From: a bacterium
Lineage (GTDB): Bacteria > UBA8248 > JACPRG01 > G963555815
Assembly: GCA_965218795.1 (NCBI GenBank)
Contig: OZ244653.1
Span: forward strand, 832,001-896,000
Reading direction: 5' to 3'
Length of the DNA stretch: 64,000 nt
How positions within the stretch are numbered: the stretch's first letter is position 1; every line of letters starts with the position of its first letter. This document shows positions 1 through 9,916 of the stretch, one piece after another. Position numbers and translations under genes: made by a program. The notes beneath the pieces are model-generated. The model saw only the letters and a list, made by a program, of their open reading frames with translations, was not told where the DNA came from and searched no databases.

Positions 1-640
1 ATTTCATTTTCGAAAAAACCGCGTCCAGGCGATCCTCCGGGATTCCGGCTCCGAGGAGGACCGTTTGCGCCATTTTGTCGCCGATCAGGTCGCCGGGGTC
101 GTGCGCGTCCGTATTGAGGACCAGCTCCGCGCCCAGGTCGAGCGCAAGCCGGGCAACGTGTCCGTTGGTGAGGCTGTGGCCCCTTCTGGCCGTGATCTCC
201 AGTGCGATCCCCCTGTCCCGAGCCAGCTCGACTTCCTCCGGCGTGATAAGCCCTGGATGCGCCAGAAAGTCGATGGGCGCGTCCAGCGCCGCCCGGTTGG
301 TCCCTGGCAGGACGGGTTCCACGGGGGTCTCGCCGTGTACGATCACGATGGCCGCCCCCAAGTCCCTCGCGCGTTGGGCCAGTCCCGGAATGGTTTCCGG
401 CGGCGCGTGAGTAATCTCGGCGCCGGGGATCGGGTGGATTTCCATATGCGGCGCACAGGCGCGGCAGACCTCGACCAGTCGGGTGACGACCAAGTCCAGA
501 TTGGAGGCGTCCACATGGTCCGTGACGGCCAGAGCCTCACTGCCCTTGTCCTCGGCCCTCCGCAACAGTTCCGAAGGGATCAGGGCCCCGTCACTGAGAA
601 ACGAGTGGGTGTGAAGGTCAATCACGGTAAAGTTCGTCAT
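1..640 (-). CDS. PHP-domain (histidinol-phosphatase-like) metallohydrolase, 3' end truncated by window edge
   Basis: Not in the ORF track because there is no stop in the window. Manual translation from ATG 640 (or GTG 625): MTNFTVIDLHTHSFLSDG...AVTDH...GAEITH...IVHGET...LAHPG...NTDAH, the PHP metal-binding motifs. Confidence 0.85.
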   Translation of the reverse strand, partial: MTNFTVIDLHTHSFLSDGALIPSELLRRAEDKGSEALAVTDHVDASNLDLVVTRLVEVCRACAPHMEIHPIPGAEITHAPPETIPGLAQRARDLGAAIVIVHGETPVEPVLPGTNRAALDAPIDFLAHPGLITPEEVELARDRGIALEITARRGHSLTNGHVARLALDLGAELVLNTDAHDPGDLIGDKMAQTVLLGAGIPEDRLDAVFSKMK

Positions 641-832
641 TCATCCGGTCAGCGGCCAGACCAGGATTATATAACACGCCGGCGCGGGGCCCGCATTCCC
701 CCCTGCTCTTTTCCTTTCGCTCGCTCAGATCCGTGATGATCCGTGAGATGCGATCCGGAAAATGCGGTTTGTTCGAGCGCCTCGCCGGGAGACATCCGGT
801 ACCTTTCTACACAATATGCTTGGGGGCAGTGC

Positions 833-1036
833 GTGGCCAGGATTTATGTCTACGAGTTCGAGAAACCCGGAACCCGGATCGAAAACGTCCGGGGACTCAT
901 TCCCTGCAAAGATCGCCCGGAAGTCTCCCTTTGGGTCGATTTGACCTCTGGGAATGAAACGCTCCTTCGGAAACGCCACAACAGCATTCTCCAGGGCCAC
1001 TACGCGCGCGGCCTCCTTGCTCGAAACCTTCTCTGA
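833..1036 (+). CDS. small hypothetical protein (67 aa)
   Basis: GTG at 833 preceded by GGGGG; MARIYVYEFEKPGTRIENVRGLIP...; fills the gap between the PHP gene and the pnp terminator. The opposite-strand ORF 725..1180 reads like a shadow. Confidence 0.45.
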   Translation: MARIYVYEFEKPGTRIENVRGLIPCKDRPEVSLWVDLTSGNETLLRKRHNSILQGHYARGLLARNLL

Positions 1037-1140
1037 AGAGATGGATTTGACAAGACGGGGGTCGGGGAAGTTCTGTTGTAGCTGCGGGGTTTCATCAAGC
1101 AGTCCTCGACCTTGCAGGGTTGCAGGATACAGCAACAGCG

Positions 1141-1174
1141 AAAAAAAGTGGACAGGGCCACCGGCCCAATCCAC
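1141..1174 (-). terminator. rho-independent terminator after pnp
   Basis: Minus strand GTGGATTGGGCC-GGT-GGCCCTGTCCAC stem followed by T7, about 40 nt after the pnp stop. Confidence 0.85.
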
Positions 1175-1215
1175 TTTCAAACCGCCTTTCGTTCGGGGGA
1201 CTCGCCCCCCCTGGC

Positions 1216-3309
1216 TTACTTACCGTCGGATGCGGCGCCCTGGAGGGCTTCCTTTCGGCTCAGTCGAATTCGACCCTGATTGTCGATTTCCAGGACCTTG
1301 ACCATGACTTCGTCGCCCTCTTTGACGATGTCCGTGACGGTTTTGACTCGAGTATGGTCGAGTTGGGAAATGTGCACCAATCCGTCGGTGCCGGGGAATA
1401 TCTCCACAAACGCGCCGAAGTCCATGATCTTTTTCACAATGCCTCGGTAGATCCTCCCGATTTCGGCTTCCTGGGTCAGGTCTTGAATCATGGCGATGGC
1501 CGCTTTGGCGGAGGGCTCATCGACCGACGCCACGTAGATCGTCCCGTCGTCTTCGATGTCGATGCTGACACCCGTCTTCTCGATGATGCCGCGCACCACC
1601 TTCCCGCCCGGTCCGATGACGTCGCGCACCTTGTCGGGGCGAATCTTGACCGTGAAGATCCGCGGCGCGTGGACGGAGAGATTAGGCCGAGGCCCGTCGA
1701 TGATGGTCGTCATTCGATCCAGGACGTGAAAACGGGCCTCTTTGGCCTGATTCAGCGCCGTTTTCATGATGTCCATCGACAGGCCGCCGATCTTGATGTC
1801 CATCTGAATGGCCGTGATACCATCCCGCGTTCCGGCAACCTTGAAGTCCATGTCACCGAGATGGTCTTCCAGCCCGAGGATATCAGTGAGGATATACGGG
1901 CGATCCCCTTCCATAATCAGGCCCATGGCGATGCCCGCCACCGGCGCCTTGATGGGGACGCCCGCGTCCATCAGGGACAGACTCCCTCCGCAAACCGACG
2001 CCATGGAGGACGAGCCGTTCGATTCCAGGATGTCGGACACAATGCGGACGGTGTAGGGAAAGTCCTCGTGGTCGGGCAGGATGGGGCGGACCGCCCGTTC
2101 CGCCAACGCGCCGTGCCCGATTTCCCTCCGGGCGGGCCCCCGAATGGGCTTCGTTTCCCCGGTGCAAAACGGCGGGAAGTTGTAATGGAGCATGAAGGTC
2201 TTGCGGTCCCGGGACTCCAGGTTGTCGAGCTGTTGCTCGTCATCGCCGGTCCCGAGAGTGGTGGCCACCAGGGCCTGGGTTTCCCCGCGCGTGAAGACGC
2301 ACGATCCATGAGCCCGGGGGAGGACCGAGACCCGGCCCGAAATGGGGCGGACGGTGGTCAAGTCCCGACCGTCGGCGCGAACGCTGTCTTCGATGATGGA
2401 CCGCCGGACCTCTTCGTACTCCAGGCTGTGGAACTCCTCGGCCACACGCTTGCGGAGATCGTCATCCTCCCCGCCGATGGCTGCCACCATCTCAGAGTGG
2501 ATTTCATCGATCGCTTCCTGACGCTTGTGTTTCTCCGGAATTTGGCTGGCTTCCTGCAGACGGTTCCCTACCCGGTCCCGGAGGTCCCGGGCGAGGGTTT
2601 CATCGGCTGGCGGGGACTCGAATGGCCGCTTGGGACGGCCCGCGGCGGCTTCCAGCTCCTTTTGGATCCGGACCGTTTCACGAATTACCCGGTGGCCTTC
2701 CTCAAAGGCCTTGACCATGAGTTCTTCGGAGAGCTGATTGGCTCCTCCTTCCACCATGACGATGGAATCCTCGCGGCCGGCCAGAACCAGGTTCAGCTCG
2801 CTGGATTTCAGTTCCTCATAGGTGGGATTGACTTTGAGCGCACCGTCGATATACCCCATCCGGACGGCCCCCACGGGACCGTCGAATGGGATATCGGAGA
2901 CGGTCAAAGCGGCGGAGGCTCCGATCAGCGCCAGGATATCCGGATCGTTTTCGCCGTCGTGCGACATGGTGCTGATCATGATCTGCGTGTCTTCGACGAA
3001 CTCGTCCGGAAACAGAGGACGCATGGGCCGGTCGATCAGGCGGCACGTGAGTGTCTCCTTCTCGCTCGGCCGGCCCTCGCGCTTGAAGAACCCGCCAGGA
3101 ATTTTCCCGCCGGCGTAGAACTTCTCGCGGTAGTCCACGGTGAGGGGAAAGAAGTCGAGCCCCGGCCGGATGCCGCCGGCCACGACCGTTGCCAAGATCA
3201 TGGTTTCCCCGTACCCCACGACAACGGCGCCATCGGCCTGCCTGGCCAGTTCGCCGGTTTCGATGGACAGCGTTTTGCCCCCAACGTCGCATTCAGTCTT
3301 GTGATGCAT
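1216..3309 (-). CDS. pnp: polyribonucleotide nucleotidyltransferase (PNPase)
   Basis: [28 protein letters not shown] and [10 protein letters not shown] motifs, KH and S1 domains; follows rpsO. Confidence 0.99.
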   Translation of the reverse strand: MHHKTECDVGGKTLSIETGELARQADGAVVVGYGETMILATVVAGGIRPGLDFFPLTVDYREKFYAGGKIPGGFFKREGRPSEKETLTCRLIDRPMRPLFPDEFVEDTQIMISTMSHDGENDPDILALIGASAALTVSDIPFDGPVGAVRMGYIDGALKVNPTYEELKSSELNLVLAGREDSIVMVEGGANQLSEELMVKAFEEGHRVIRETVRIQKELEAAAGRPKRPFESPPADETLARDLRDRVGNRLQEASQIPEKHKRQEAIDEIHSEMVAAIGGEDDDLRKRVAEEFHSLEYEEVRRSIIEDSVRADGRDLTTVRPISGRVSVLPRAHGSCVFTRGETQALVATTLGTGDDEQQLDNLESRDRKTFMLHYNFPPFCTGETKPIRGPARREIGHGALAERAVRPILPDHEDFPYTVRIVSDILESNGSSSMASVCGGSLSLMDAGVPIKAPVAGIAMGLIMEGDRPYILTDILGLEDHLGDMDFKVAGTRDGITAIQMDIKIGGLSMDIMKTALNQAKEARFHVLDRMTTIIDGPRPNLSVHAPRIFTVKIRPDKVRDVIGPGGKVVRGIIEKTGVSIDIEDDGTIYVASVDEPSAKAAIAMIQDLTQEAEIGRIYRGIVKKIMDFGAFVEIFPGTDGLVHISQLDHTRVKTVTDIVKEGDEVMVKVLEIDNQGRIRLSRKEALQGAASDGK

Positions 3310-3331
3310 TCAGTTGTTCCTCCGTTCCCGG

Positions 3332-3598
3332 CTACCGGCGGATATTCAGTTTCTGAATAATGGTTCGGTAGCGGTCGATGTCCTTTTCCTTGAGATAGTC
3401 CAACAATCTTCGCCGTTGCCCGACGAGCTTCAACAGGCCCCGGCGTGTGTTGAAATCCTTCTGATGGACCTTCATGTGCTCGGTCAGGTAGCCGATCCGG
3501 TTGGTCAATATTGCCACCTGCACCTCGGGCGAGCCCGTGTCAGAATCGTGATGACGATATTCCTGGATCAAACCCTGCTTTTCGTCTTTGGTTATCAT
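3332..3598 (-). CDS. rpsO: 30S ribosomal protein S15
   Basis: [31 protein letters not shown]; 88 aa. Confidence 0.99.
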   Translation of the reverse strand: MITKDEKQGLIQEYRHHDSDTGSPEVQVAILTNRIGYLTEHMKVHQKDFNTRRGLLKLVGQRRRLLDYLKEKDIDRYRTIIQKLNIRR

Positions 3599-3632
3599 GC
3601 TGCGAGTTCCTCAAATTTGTATCAGCGTGGAT

Positions 3633-4556
3633 CTAGTCCCGGTTCGCCGGGTGCACCTCGGCCACCTTTCGAACCTGCAGGCGCGGAGGTTCGCCCGACG
3701 TGATGCGGGCAATGGCCAGCAATTTCCCGAATCCGTCGGTCAGGCGCACGTGGGATCCGGGCGGTCCCTCCGGGACCCGGCGCACAAAGACGCCTTCCAG
3801 CACCCAAAGACCCCTGCGTAGCCCTCCGGAAGGAGTTCGAATGAGACTGACCTCCGGCAGAAAAGACAATCCCTCCTCAACGGGGAGCAGCATGTCCTCC
3901 AATCGGCCGCCGCAGATCGCCTCCTCGGCCTTCTCCAGAGGCTTGGCGTCCTCGACGCGAAACGCGCCCACCGCCTGGCGCGTCAGCTTCGACAAGTAAC
4001 CGCCCGTCCCCCAGGCCTCGCCGATATCATGGCATAGTGTACGGACATAAGTCCCACGCCCGCACTCTACCTCGAAGTCCACTTCTGGTCCATTGACGGA
4101 CACCAGGCGGATCCAATAGACCCGCCCCTTTTGAGGGGACCGTTCCACTTCGATACCCGCTCGTGCGAGTTCATAGAGCCTCTTGCCCTGGTGACGACGG
4201 GCCGAAAACATCGGTGGAATCTGTTCGATTTCCCCCTCGAACTTCGACAGGAGGGAGGCAAACGCCTCCGAACCCACCGGGGCGACGGGGCGCTCCTCGA
4301 TGACCTCGCCGTCCCGGTCCTGCGTGGACGTCTGTATGCCCAGGCGCACGGTGGCCCGATAGACCTTTCGGGACTCCAGGAGGTAATCAAAATACTTGGT
4401 CGCCGGGCCCAGGCAGATGGGCAGAACCCCCTCCGCCGCAGGGTCGAGCGTGCCGCCGTGTCCGACCCGCAGGCCGGGAAGGACTTTCCGGAGACGCGCC
4501 ACCACGTCGTGGGACGTCGGTCCCGGAACTTTATGGATGTTCAGGAACCCCTGCAC
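3633..4556 (-). CDS. truB: tRNA pseudouridine(55) synthase
   Basis: TSHDVV, VGHGGTLDPAAEGVL, QIPPMFSA, GTYVRTLCHDIG. Start moved to GTG 4556 to avoid overlapping rbfA. Confidence 0.97.
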   Translation of the reverse strand: MQGFLNIHKVPGPTSHDVVARLRKVLPGLRVGHGGTLDPAAEGVLPICLGPATKYFDYLLESRKVYRATVRLGIQTSTQDRDGEVIEERPVAPVGSEAFASLLSKFEGEIEQIPPMFSARRHQGKRLYELARAGIEVERSPQKGRVYWIRLVSVNGPEVDFEVECGRGTYVRTLCHDIGEAWGTGGYLSKLTRQAVGAFRVEDAKPLEKAEEAICGGRLEDMLLPVEEGLSFLPEVSLIRTPSGGLRRGLWVLEGVFVRRVPEGPPGSHVRLTDGFGKLLAIARITSGEPPRLQVRKVAEVHPANRD

Positions 4557-4575
4557 GTTCCGGTGGCGACTGCGC

Positions 4576-4929
4576 TTAGACTTCGAGGTCTGCAAGAGCT
4601 GCATTGATTTTGGCGCCTCGTTCAATGGAATCATCCCGGTGAAACTGGAGTTCGGGGATCCTTTTCAGATGCAACCGACGCTTCAGTTGGGCCCGCAAAT
4701 AACCGGACGCGCTCTCCAGTCCCTGCAAGGTGCCGGATTGATCCGATTCGGTTCCGTAGATGCTGACATATACCCTGGCCAAGCCCAAATCAGGGCTGAC
4801 CTCGACCCCGGTCACCGACAAAAACCCGATACGGGGATCTTTGACACCTCTCAGGAACAGGTCGGCCAGTTCCCGCTGGATTTGATCGCCAACCCGGTCG
4901 GTCCGCTGATAAGGGTTTCGGTGGGACAT
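4576..4929 (-). CDS. rbfA: ribosome-binding factor A
   Basis: KDPRIGFLSVTGVEVSPDL, KRIPELQF; conserved position after infB. Confidence 0.97.
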   Translation of the reverse strand: MSHRNPYQRTDRVGDQIQRELADLFLRGVKDPRIGFLSVTGVEVSPDLGLARVYVSIYGTESDQSGTLQGLESASGYLRAQLKRRLHLKRIPELQFHRDDSIERGAKINAALADLEV

Positions 4930-5211
4930 TCAATAAAACCCGATCTCGGTGTCGACCACCTCGGCCACCCCCATGCCTTCTACGGCGGAGATCAGACGCT
5001 CTATGGTGCGGGACACATGCCCCTGGTCGTTGCTGACAGCGGAGAACCCGAGCACAGCCACCTGCCACTTGTCCTGACAGTCCACTTCAGCGATGGAGAC
5101 GTTGAAGCGGTTGCGAATCCGATCTTTGATGCTCCTGAGAACCCGCCGCTTTTCCTTGAGAGAGCCACACCCGTGTAATCTCAACTCGATCGTGCAGACA
5201 CCAACCCTCAT
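4930..5211 (-). CDS. DUF503 (YlxP-like) protein
   Basis: SLKEKRRVLRSIKDRIRNRFNVSIAEVD...DKWQ signature; lies between infB and rbfA. Confidence 0.92.
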   Translation of the reverse strand: MRVGVCTIELRLHGCGSLKEKRRVLRSIKDRIRNRFNVSIAEVDCQDKWQVAVLGFSAVSNDQGHVSRTIERLISAVEGMGVAEVVDTEIGFY

Positions 5212-5217
5212 CGCGAA

Positions 5218-7506
5218 TTATGTTGTCCGTTCCACTTCTTCCACGGCGTAAGGTTCAATCACGTCACCTTGCTTGACGTCCTGGAAGTTCTCGATTGCGA
5301 TGCCGCACTCATAACCATTCTGGACCTCGCCGACGTCATCCTTGAACCGCCTGAGTGACCCGATTCGTCCTTCGTAGACCACGATGTTGTCCCGGATCAC
5401 ACGGGCGAGACTGTTTCGCTGGACGACACCGTCAGTCACGTAACAACCCGCAACCGGGCCCACACGCGGGATTTGGAATATCTCCCGAACCTCAACACGC
5501 CCGCGCGTCACTTCCCGGGTGACAGGATCCAGCAGTCCGGTCATGGCCGACTGAATTTCTTTGATGGCATCGTAGATCACGTTGTAAAGACGGATCTCCA
5601 CTTCTTCTCGCTGGGCCGCCGTGACCGCCTGCGGGATGGGCCGCACATGAAAACCCACGATGACCGCGTTGGAAGCAGCGGCCAGCATGACATCGGATTC
5701 GGTAATCCCGCCGACCGAACTGTGGATGACGCGGATGCGCACCTCATCGCCGCTCAGCTTTCTCAGCGCTTCCACCAGCGCCTCGATGGACCCTTGGGCG
5801 TCGGCTTTCAGGACGATGGCCAGTTCCTTGATGGTCCCTTCCTTGACACTTTCGTACAGCTCCTCAAGCGTGACCCTGGCCGACTTGGCGCGCTCGTCCT
5901 GCCGCAGGCGCTGCATACGCTGTGATGCCACTTGGCGGGCCTTTCGCTCGTCTTCCAACACGACCATCGGATCACCCGCCTGAGGGACTCCCGAGATGCC
6001 CAGAACTTCAACAGGCATCGAGGGTCCTGCATCCTGAACCTTCCGTCCTTCGTCGTTGATTAAGGCCCGGACGCGTCCGTGATGCGGGCCAACCACGAAG
6101 GGATCCCCCGCTTTCAAGGTTCCCTTTTGAACGAGGACACGGGCCACCGGCCCCCGGCCCTTATCCAATTCCGCCTCCAGGACCACACACTTGGCCCTCC
6201 GGTTCGGGTTGGCCCGCAACTCCAGAATTTCGGCCTGAAGGAGGAGCATTTCGAGGAGGTCATTGATATTCAGACGTTGCTTGGCGGAGACTTCCACGAA
6301 AATCGTGTCTCCTCCCCAGGCTTCCGGGACCAGCCCCACCTCGGTCAGCTCGCGGCGGACCTTGTCGAGGTCGGCATTGGGAAGGTCGATCTTATTCACA
6401 GCCACCACGATCGGAACCTCGGCGGCCTTCGCATGGGCGATGGCCTCTCGGGTCTGCGGCATCACACCGTCGTCCGCCGCCACCAGCAGGATCACGATAT
6501 CGGTCACCTCAGCCCCCCGGGCGCGCATGGCGGTGAAAGCCTCATGTCCCGGCGTATCGAGGAAAACGATGGTCCCGTTCTCCAGGGTGACGTGATAGGC
6601 CCCAATGTGTTGGGTGATGCTGCCCGCCTCGGTCAGCGTGACATTGGTCTTCCGGATGGCGTCCAGCAGGGAAGTCTTCCCGTGGTCAACGTGACCCATG
6701 ACAGTCACGACCGGCGGCCGTGCGACCAGATCTTCAGGGCGTTCCTCTTCTTCCTCCTGCGCGGTCTCGGTGTCCCCTTCTTCCACGACCTCCGGGTCAA
6801 ACCCGTAATCGATGGAAATCATTATCGCCGTTTCGGAGTCTATGAGCGTGTTCACGTTGGACACCCGCCCCATTCCCATCAGCTTCAACAACAGGTTCGC
6901 GGTCGTCGTCTCCAGCAGCTCCGCGAGGTCCTTGACGGTGACGGTCTCTGGAAGCTCGACTTTCTTCGGCTCTCCGGGGGGCGCCTCCCCCTCCGCCTCT
7001 ACGGACTCTGTCTCGGCCTCAGTCGCCTCGGGCGTTTCTTCGGGTTCAACGGCTTCAGCAGGTTCTGGGATTTCGGGCTCCGCTTCGGCTACGGGTTCGG
7101 AGACCGCTGGTTCCTCTTCTTCATGCTCTTCCCCAGCCTGAAGTACGGGTTCTTCCGGTGCGGGCGTTGACTCTTCAGATTCTGCTATCGCAGATTCGGG
7201 CTCGGTCGGCGAGGGTTCGGGCTCGGGCTCGGCAGCGGCTTGGTCGGCTTGATCCTGAAGCGCACGTTCGAGCGCTTCCAACTCGTCGATGGCTTCGGGG
7301 GCCTCGGCTTCCTTAGCCTCTTTCCCCTTTGCCGAGGGGATAAGTCCGTCCTTTTTCAAGCCCTTCCGAATCTCTTCTGCCGTCTTTTCATCCACTGAGC
7401 TCATGTGGGTCTTGACGGCGAAACCGGCATCCTTGGCCCAGGAAGCGACTTCCTTGCTGGGTATCCCGAATTCCCTTGCCAGTTCGTAAATCTTCGTACC
7501 AGCCAT
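5218..7506 (-). CDS. infB: translation initiation factor IF-2
   Basis: [37 protein letters not shown]; N-terminal IF2N repeat plus acidic linker. Confidence 0.99.
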   Translation of the reverse strand: MAGTKIYELAREFGIPSKEVASWAKDAGFAVKTHMSSVDEKTAEEIRKGLKKDGLIPSAKGKEAKEAEAPEAIDELEALERALQDQADQAAAEPEPEPSPTEPESAIAESEESTPAPEEPVLQAGEEHEEEEPAVSEPVAEAEPEIPEPAEAVEPEETPEATEAETESVEAEGEAPPGEPKKVELPETVTVKDLAELLETTTANLLLKLMGMGRVSNVNTLIDSETAIMISIDYGFDPEVVEEGDTETAQEEEEERPEDLVARPPVVTVMGHVDHGKTSLLDAIRKTNVTLTEAGSITQHIGAYHVTLENGTIVFLDTPGHEAFTAMRARGAEVTDIVILLVAADDGVMPQTREAIAHAKAAEVPIVVAVNKIDLPNADLDKVRRELTEVGLVPEAWGGDTIFVEVSAKQRLNINDLLEMLLLQAEILELRANPNRRAKCVVLEAELDKGRGPVARVLVQKGTLKAGDPFVVGPHHGRVRALINDEGRKVQDAGPSMPVEVLGISGVPQAGDPMVVLEDERKARQVASQRMQRLRQDERAKSARVTLEELYESVKEGTIKELAIVLKADAQGSIEALVEALRKLSGDEVRIRVIHSSVGGITESDVMLAAASNAVIVGFHVRPIPQAVTAAQREEVEIRLYNVIYDAIKEIQSAMTGLLDPVTREVTRGRVEVREIFQIPRVGPVAGCYVTDGVVQRNSLARVIRDNIVVYEGRIGSLRRFKDDVGEVQNGYECGIAIENFQDVKQGDVIEPYAVEEVERTT

Positions 7507-7547
7507 TCAACCTTCCACCTAAAACCGTTTTCAATCGTTTTACGAAA

Positions 7548-7556
7548 ATTATATCA
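7548..7556 (-). promoter_or_regulatory. extended -10 promoter element upstream of infB
   Basis: Perfect TG-A-TATAAT on the minus strand in the AT-rich nusA-infB spacer, about 42 nt before the infB ATG. Confidence 0.55.
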
Positions 7557-7624
7557 TAGTGAACCCGATGCTCTTGAATTCGTAACCTATTGAAGTCAAT
7601 CGCCTTCGAGTTTTCAAACCTTCT

Positions 7625-9214
7625 TCAGGAAGCAGAACCTCCAGACGGGACCTCATCCGCTTCCCCGGCCGCCACTTCCGTCTCATTCAGGTCTTCCGGG
7701 GCGGGTGTTTCTACGTTTTCCTCATCACCGGAGGATGGTTCCTCGTTCATGGACGTCGAGGCCACCGCAGATGCCTCCTCCGTCTCCTCGTCTGAAAAAG
7801 CCTCATCGGCTGCATTTTCAAGCGCGGGCGCCTCTTCTGCCTCCGCGTCCTCGACTTCGGCCTCATCCTGTGCCGATTCGGGCTGGCCTTCAGACTCCGC
7901 CTTCTCTTCTTCAGGAACCTCTTCCGGTTCCGCCGGGGTGTGCTCTTGGACGTACTGTTGGGCGCGCAGGATCAGCGCCTCGGCACTTTTCTCCCCGATG
8001 CCCGGTATGGATATCATTTGATCGACCGAGGCATTGCCCAGGCTCTCGATGCTGTCGATCCCGTGCTCGTCGAGCAGTTCCTCAGTCCTCGGACCGAGGC
8101 CTCCCAACTCGGTGAGGGGAGTCTTCGCCGAGTCCCTGGAGGTTCCGGAAAGAACCAAGGAGGCCTTCTCGAGCTGTTCCGCCTGATACTCCGTCTCGCT
8201 TTTAATGTCGATTCGCCACTTGAGCAGTTTGGCGGCGAGCCGGACGTTTTGACCCCCCTTGCCGATGGCGAGAGAAAGCTGATCATCCGGGGCGACCACC
8301 ATCATTGCGTTTTCGCTTTCATTCAGAATGATCCGCGAAATCTTGGCCGGACTCAGGGCGTTTGCGGCCAGAGTTTGAATGTCGTCCGACCAGGAGATGA
8401 TATCGATCTTCTCGCCCCGGAGCTCCTGGACGATGGCCTGGACGCGGGATCCCCTCATTCCGACGCAGGCGCCGACAGGGTCGATATCCCGATCATGGGA
8501 AAGAACGGCAATCTTCGTCCGTCCGCTCGGCTCGCGGACCGCGGCCCTGATTTCCACGATGCCTTCATAAATTTCAGGCACTTCGATCTCGAAAAGCCGG
8601 ATGACGAGCCTCGGATGCGTGCGGGACAGGATGACCTGCGGGCCCCGGACCGCTTGGCGGACCTCCAATAAGTAGGCCCGGATGCGGTCTCCACGCCGGT
8701 ACACCTCCCGGTAGACCTGCTCTCTTCGGGGCAGAACACCCTCCCCCTTACCCATGTCGATATAGATGGTTCCCTTTTCCACGCGGGACACCGTCCCGTT
8801 GATCAATTCGCCTTCGCGGTCTTTGTACTCTTTGAAGATCATCTCTCGCTCGCCCTCGCGGACGCGCTGGAGGATGACTTGCTTGGCCGTCTGGGCCGCG
8901 ATACGCCCAAAGTCCTCATAAGGGATGGGGATATCGACGATCTCGCCCACGGCAGGCGTATCTTTGTATTCGGCGGCCTCTTCCAGGGAGATTTCCAGTT
9001 CTGGGTCGAACACCTCGTCGACGATCGTCTTGTGGCAGACGAGGTCCATGGCGCCGCTTGAGGGGTCGAAATTCGCCTCGATTTCAGCGGACAGGCCATA
9101 GTACTTGCGCGAGGCGGAGACCACCGCGGATTTCACGGCCTCGATCAGGACATCCTGCTCGATTCCCTTTTCACGCTGAATCTGACCCAAGACCAGCATG
9201 AGCTCCTGGTTCAC
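7625..9214 (-). CDS. nusA: transcription termination/antitermination factor NusA
   Basis: FGRIAAQTAKQVI, S1 and KH domains (GACVGMRGSR, LSLAIGKGGQNVRLA), C-terminal HhH-like repeat and acidic tail. GTG 9214 with GGAGAGG RBS. Confidence 0.98.
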   Translation of the reverse strand: MNQELMLVLGQIQREKGIEQDVLIEAVKSAVVSASRKYYGLSAEIEANFDPSSGAMDLVCHKTIVDEVFDPELEISLEEAAEYKDTPAVGEIVDIPIPYEDFGRIAAQTAKQVILQRVREGEREMIFKEYKDREGELINGTVSRVEKGTIYIDMGKGEGVLPRREQVYREVYRRGDRIRAYLLEVRQAVRGPQVILSRTHPRLVIRLFEIEVPEIYEGIVEIRAAVREPSGRTKIAVLSHDRDIDPVGACVGMRGSRVQAIVQELRGEKIDIISWSDDIQTLAANALSPAKISRIILNESENAMMVVAPDDQLSLAIGKGGQNVRLAAKLLKWRIDIKSETEYQAEQLEKASLVLSGTSRDSAKTPLTELGGLGPRTEELLDEHGIDSIESLGNASVDQMISIPGIGEKSAEALILRAQQYVQEHTPAEPEEVPEEEKAESEGQPESAQDEAEVEDAEAEEAPALENAADEAFSDEETEEASAVASTSMNEEPSSGDEENVETPAPEDLNETEVAAGEADEVPSGGSAS

Positions 9215-9254
9215 CGAATTCCTCTCCCCCAAAAATGATAGAGCCTGCCGCCTC

Positions 9255-9743
9255 TCAGCGGTGGGCACCCTGTACTTCTTCTGCGAGTCGCGCCCGCCTG
9301 ATATCGGTTACGGGCAGACGGACGGTTTCTCCTCCATCCAGCTTCAGAGCCACCTCCCCTTCTTCTCCTTCCGAAACGCCGGCCAACTCACCCGTAAACC
9401 GCTTCCGGCCGTTACAGGGGGAGGCCATCTCGATCCGGGCCATTTCGCCGGAAAACCGCTCGAAGTCCTGCGCCTTCCTCAGCGGCCGGGGAATGCCCGG
9501 TGAAGAGACTTCCAGGGTATAAGAGTGCGGAATCACATCTTCCACATCGAGAACGGGGCTCAGCCTTCGGCTGACACGTTCACAATCTTCCACACGGATG
9601 CCCTCCGGCCCGTCCATGTAGATTCTCAGTATCCAGGACCCGCTCTGCCGGACGAATTCCAATTCCACCAGAGCAAGTCCTTCGTCTTCGACAATCGGCT
9701 CGACGATGGGCCAAAGCCGGTTTCTCAACTCACCGAATGACAA
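9255..9743 (-). CDS. rimP: ribosome maturation factor RimP
   Basis: LRIYMD, EDCERVSRRLSPVLDVED, YTLEVSSPG. Start placed at TTG 9743, downstream of the leader hairpin (approximate). Confidence 0.95.
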   Translation of the reverse strand: MSFGELRNRLWPIVEPIVEDEGLALVELEFVRQSGSWILRIYMDGPEGIRVEDCERVSRRLSPVLDVEDVIPHSYTLEVSSPGIPRPLRKAQDFERFSGEMARIEMASPCNGRKRFTGELAGVSEGEEGEVALKLDGGETVRLPVTDIRRARLAEEVQGAHR

Positions 9744-9794
9744 GCTTACTGGTCCCCAAACCTCGAAACAGAGCCCGAAAAGGCTCGATCGCGC

Positions 9795-9824
9795 AAAAAA
9801 AAGAGTGGGTGACTTGACCCACTC
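9795..9824 (-). promoter_or_regulatory. rimP leader terminator/attenuator hairpin
   Basis: GAGTGGGT-CAAGTC-ACCCACTC followed by T8. This is the GAGTGGG...CCCACTC hairpin typical of rimP-nusA leaders. Confidence 0.85.
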
Positions 9825-9850
9825 GTTCGAAGGCAAACCAAGTTCATTTT

Positions 9851-9878
9851 AATGTAACACCCGGGGAGAGAATTTCAA
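9851..9878 (-). promoter_or_regulatory. sigma70-type promoter for the rimP-nusA-infB operon
   Basis: TTGAAA-N16-TACATT with TG extension, just upstream of the leader hairpin. Confidence 0.55.
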
Positions 9879-9916
9879 GGAAAATTTCGAGGAGCGGATG
9901 GCCCTGAGATTTTCCA

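Noticed and set aside
65-736. 223-aa + strand ORF
   Set aside because: Shadow of the minus-strand PHP gene, which has clear motifs but is missing from the track.
725-1180. 151-aa minus-strand ORF
   Set aside because: It starts inside the pnp terminator and reads like antisense text of the small + strand ORF.
1120-3360. Long + strand ORFs (for example 746 aa at 1120..3360, 580 aa at 42071..43813, 538 aa at 47703..49319, 500 aa at 34967..36469)
   Set aside because: Antisense shadows of well-conserved high-GC minus-strand genes (pnp, ppdK, cimA/lysC, leuS), with no recognisable motifs.
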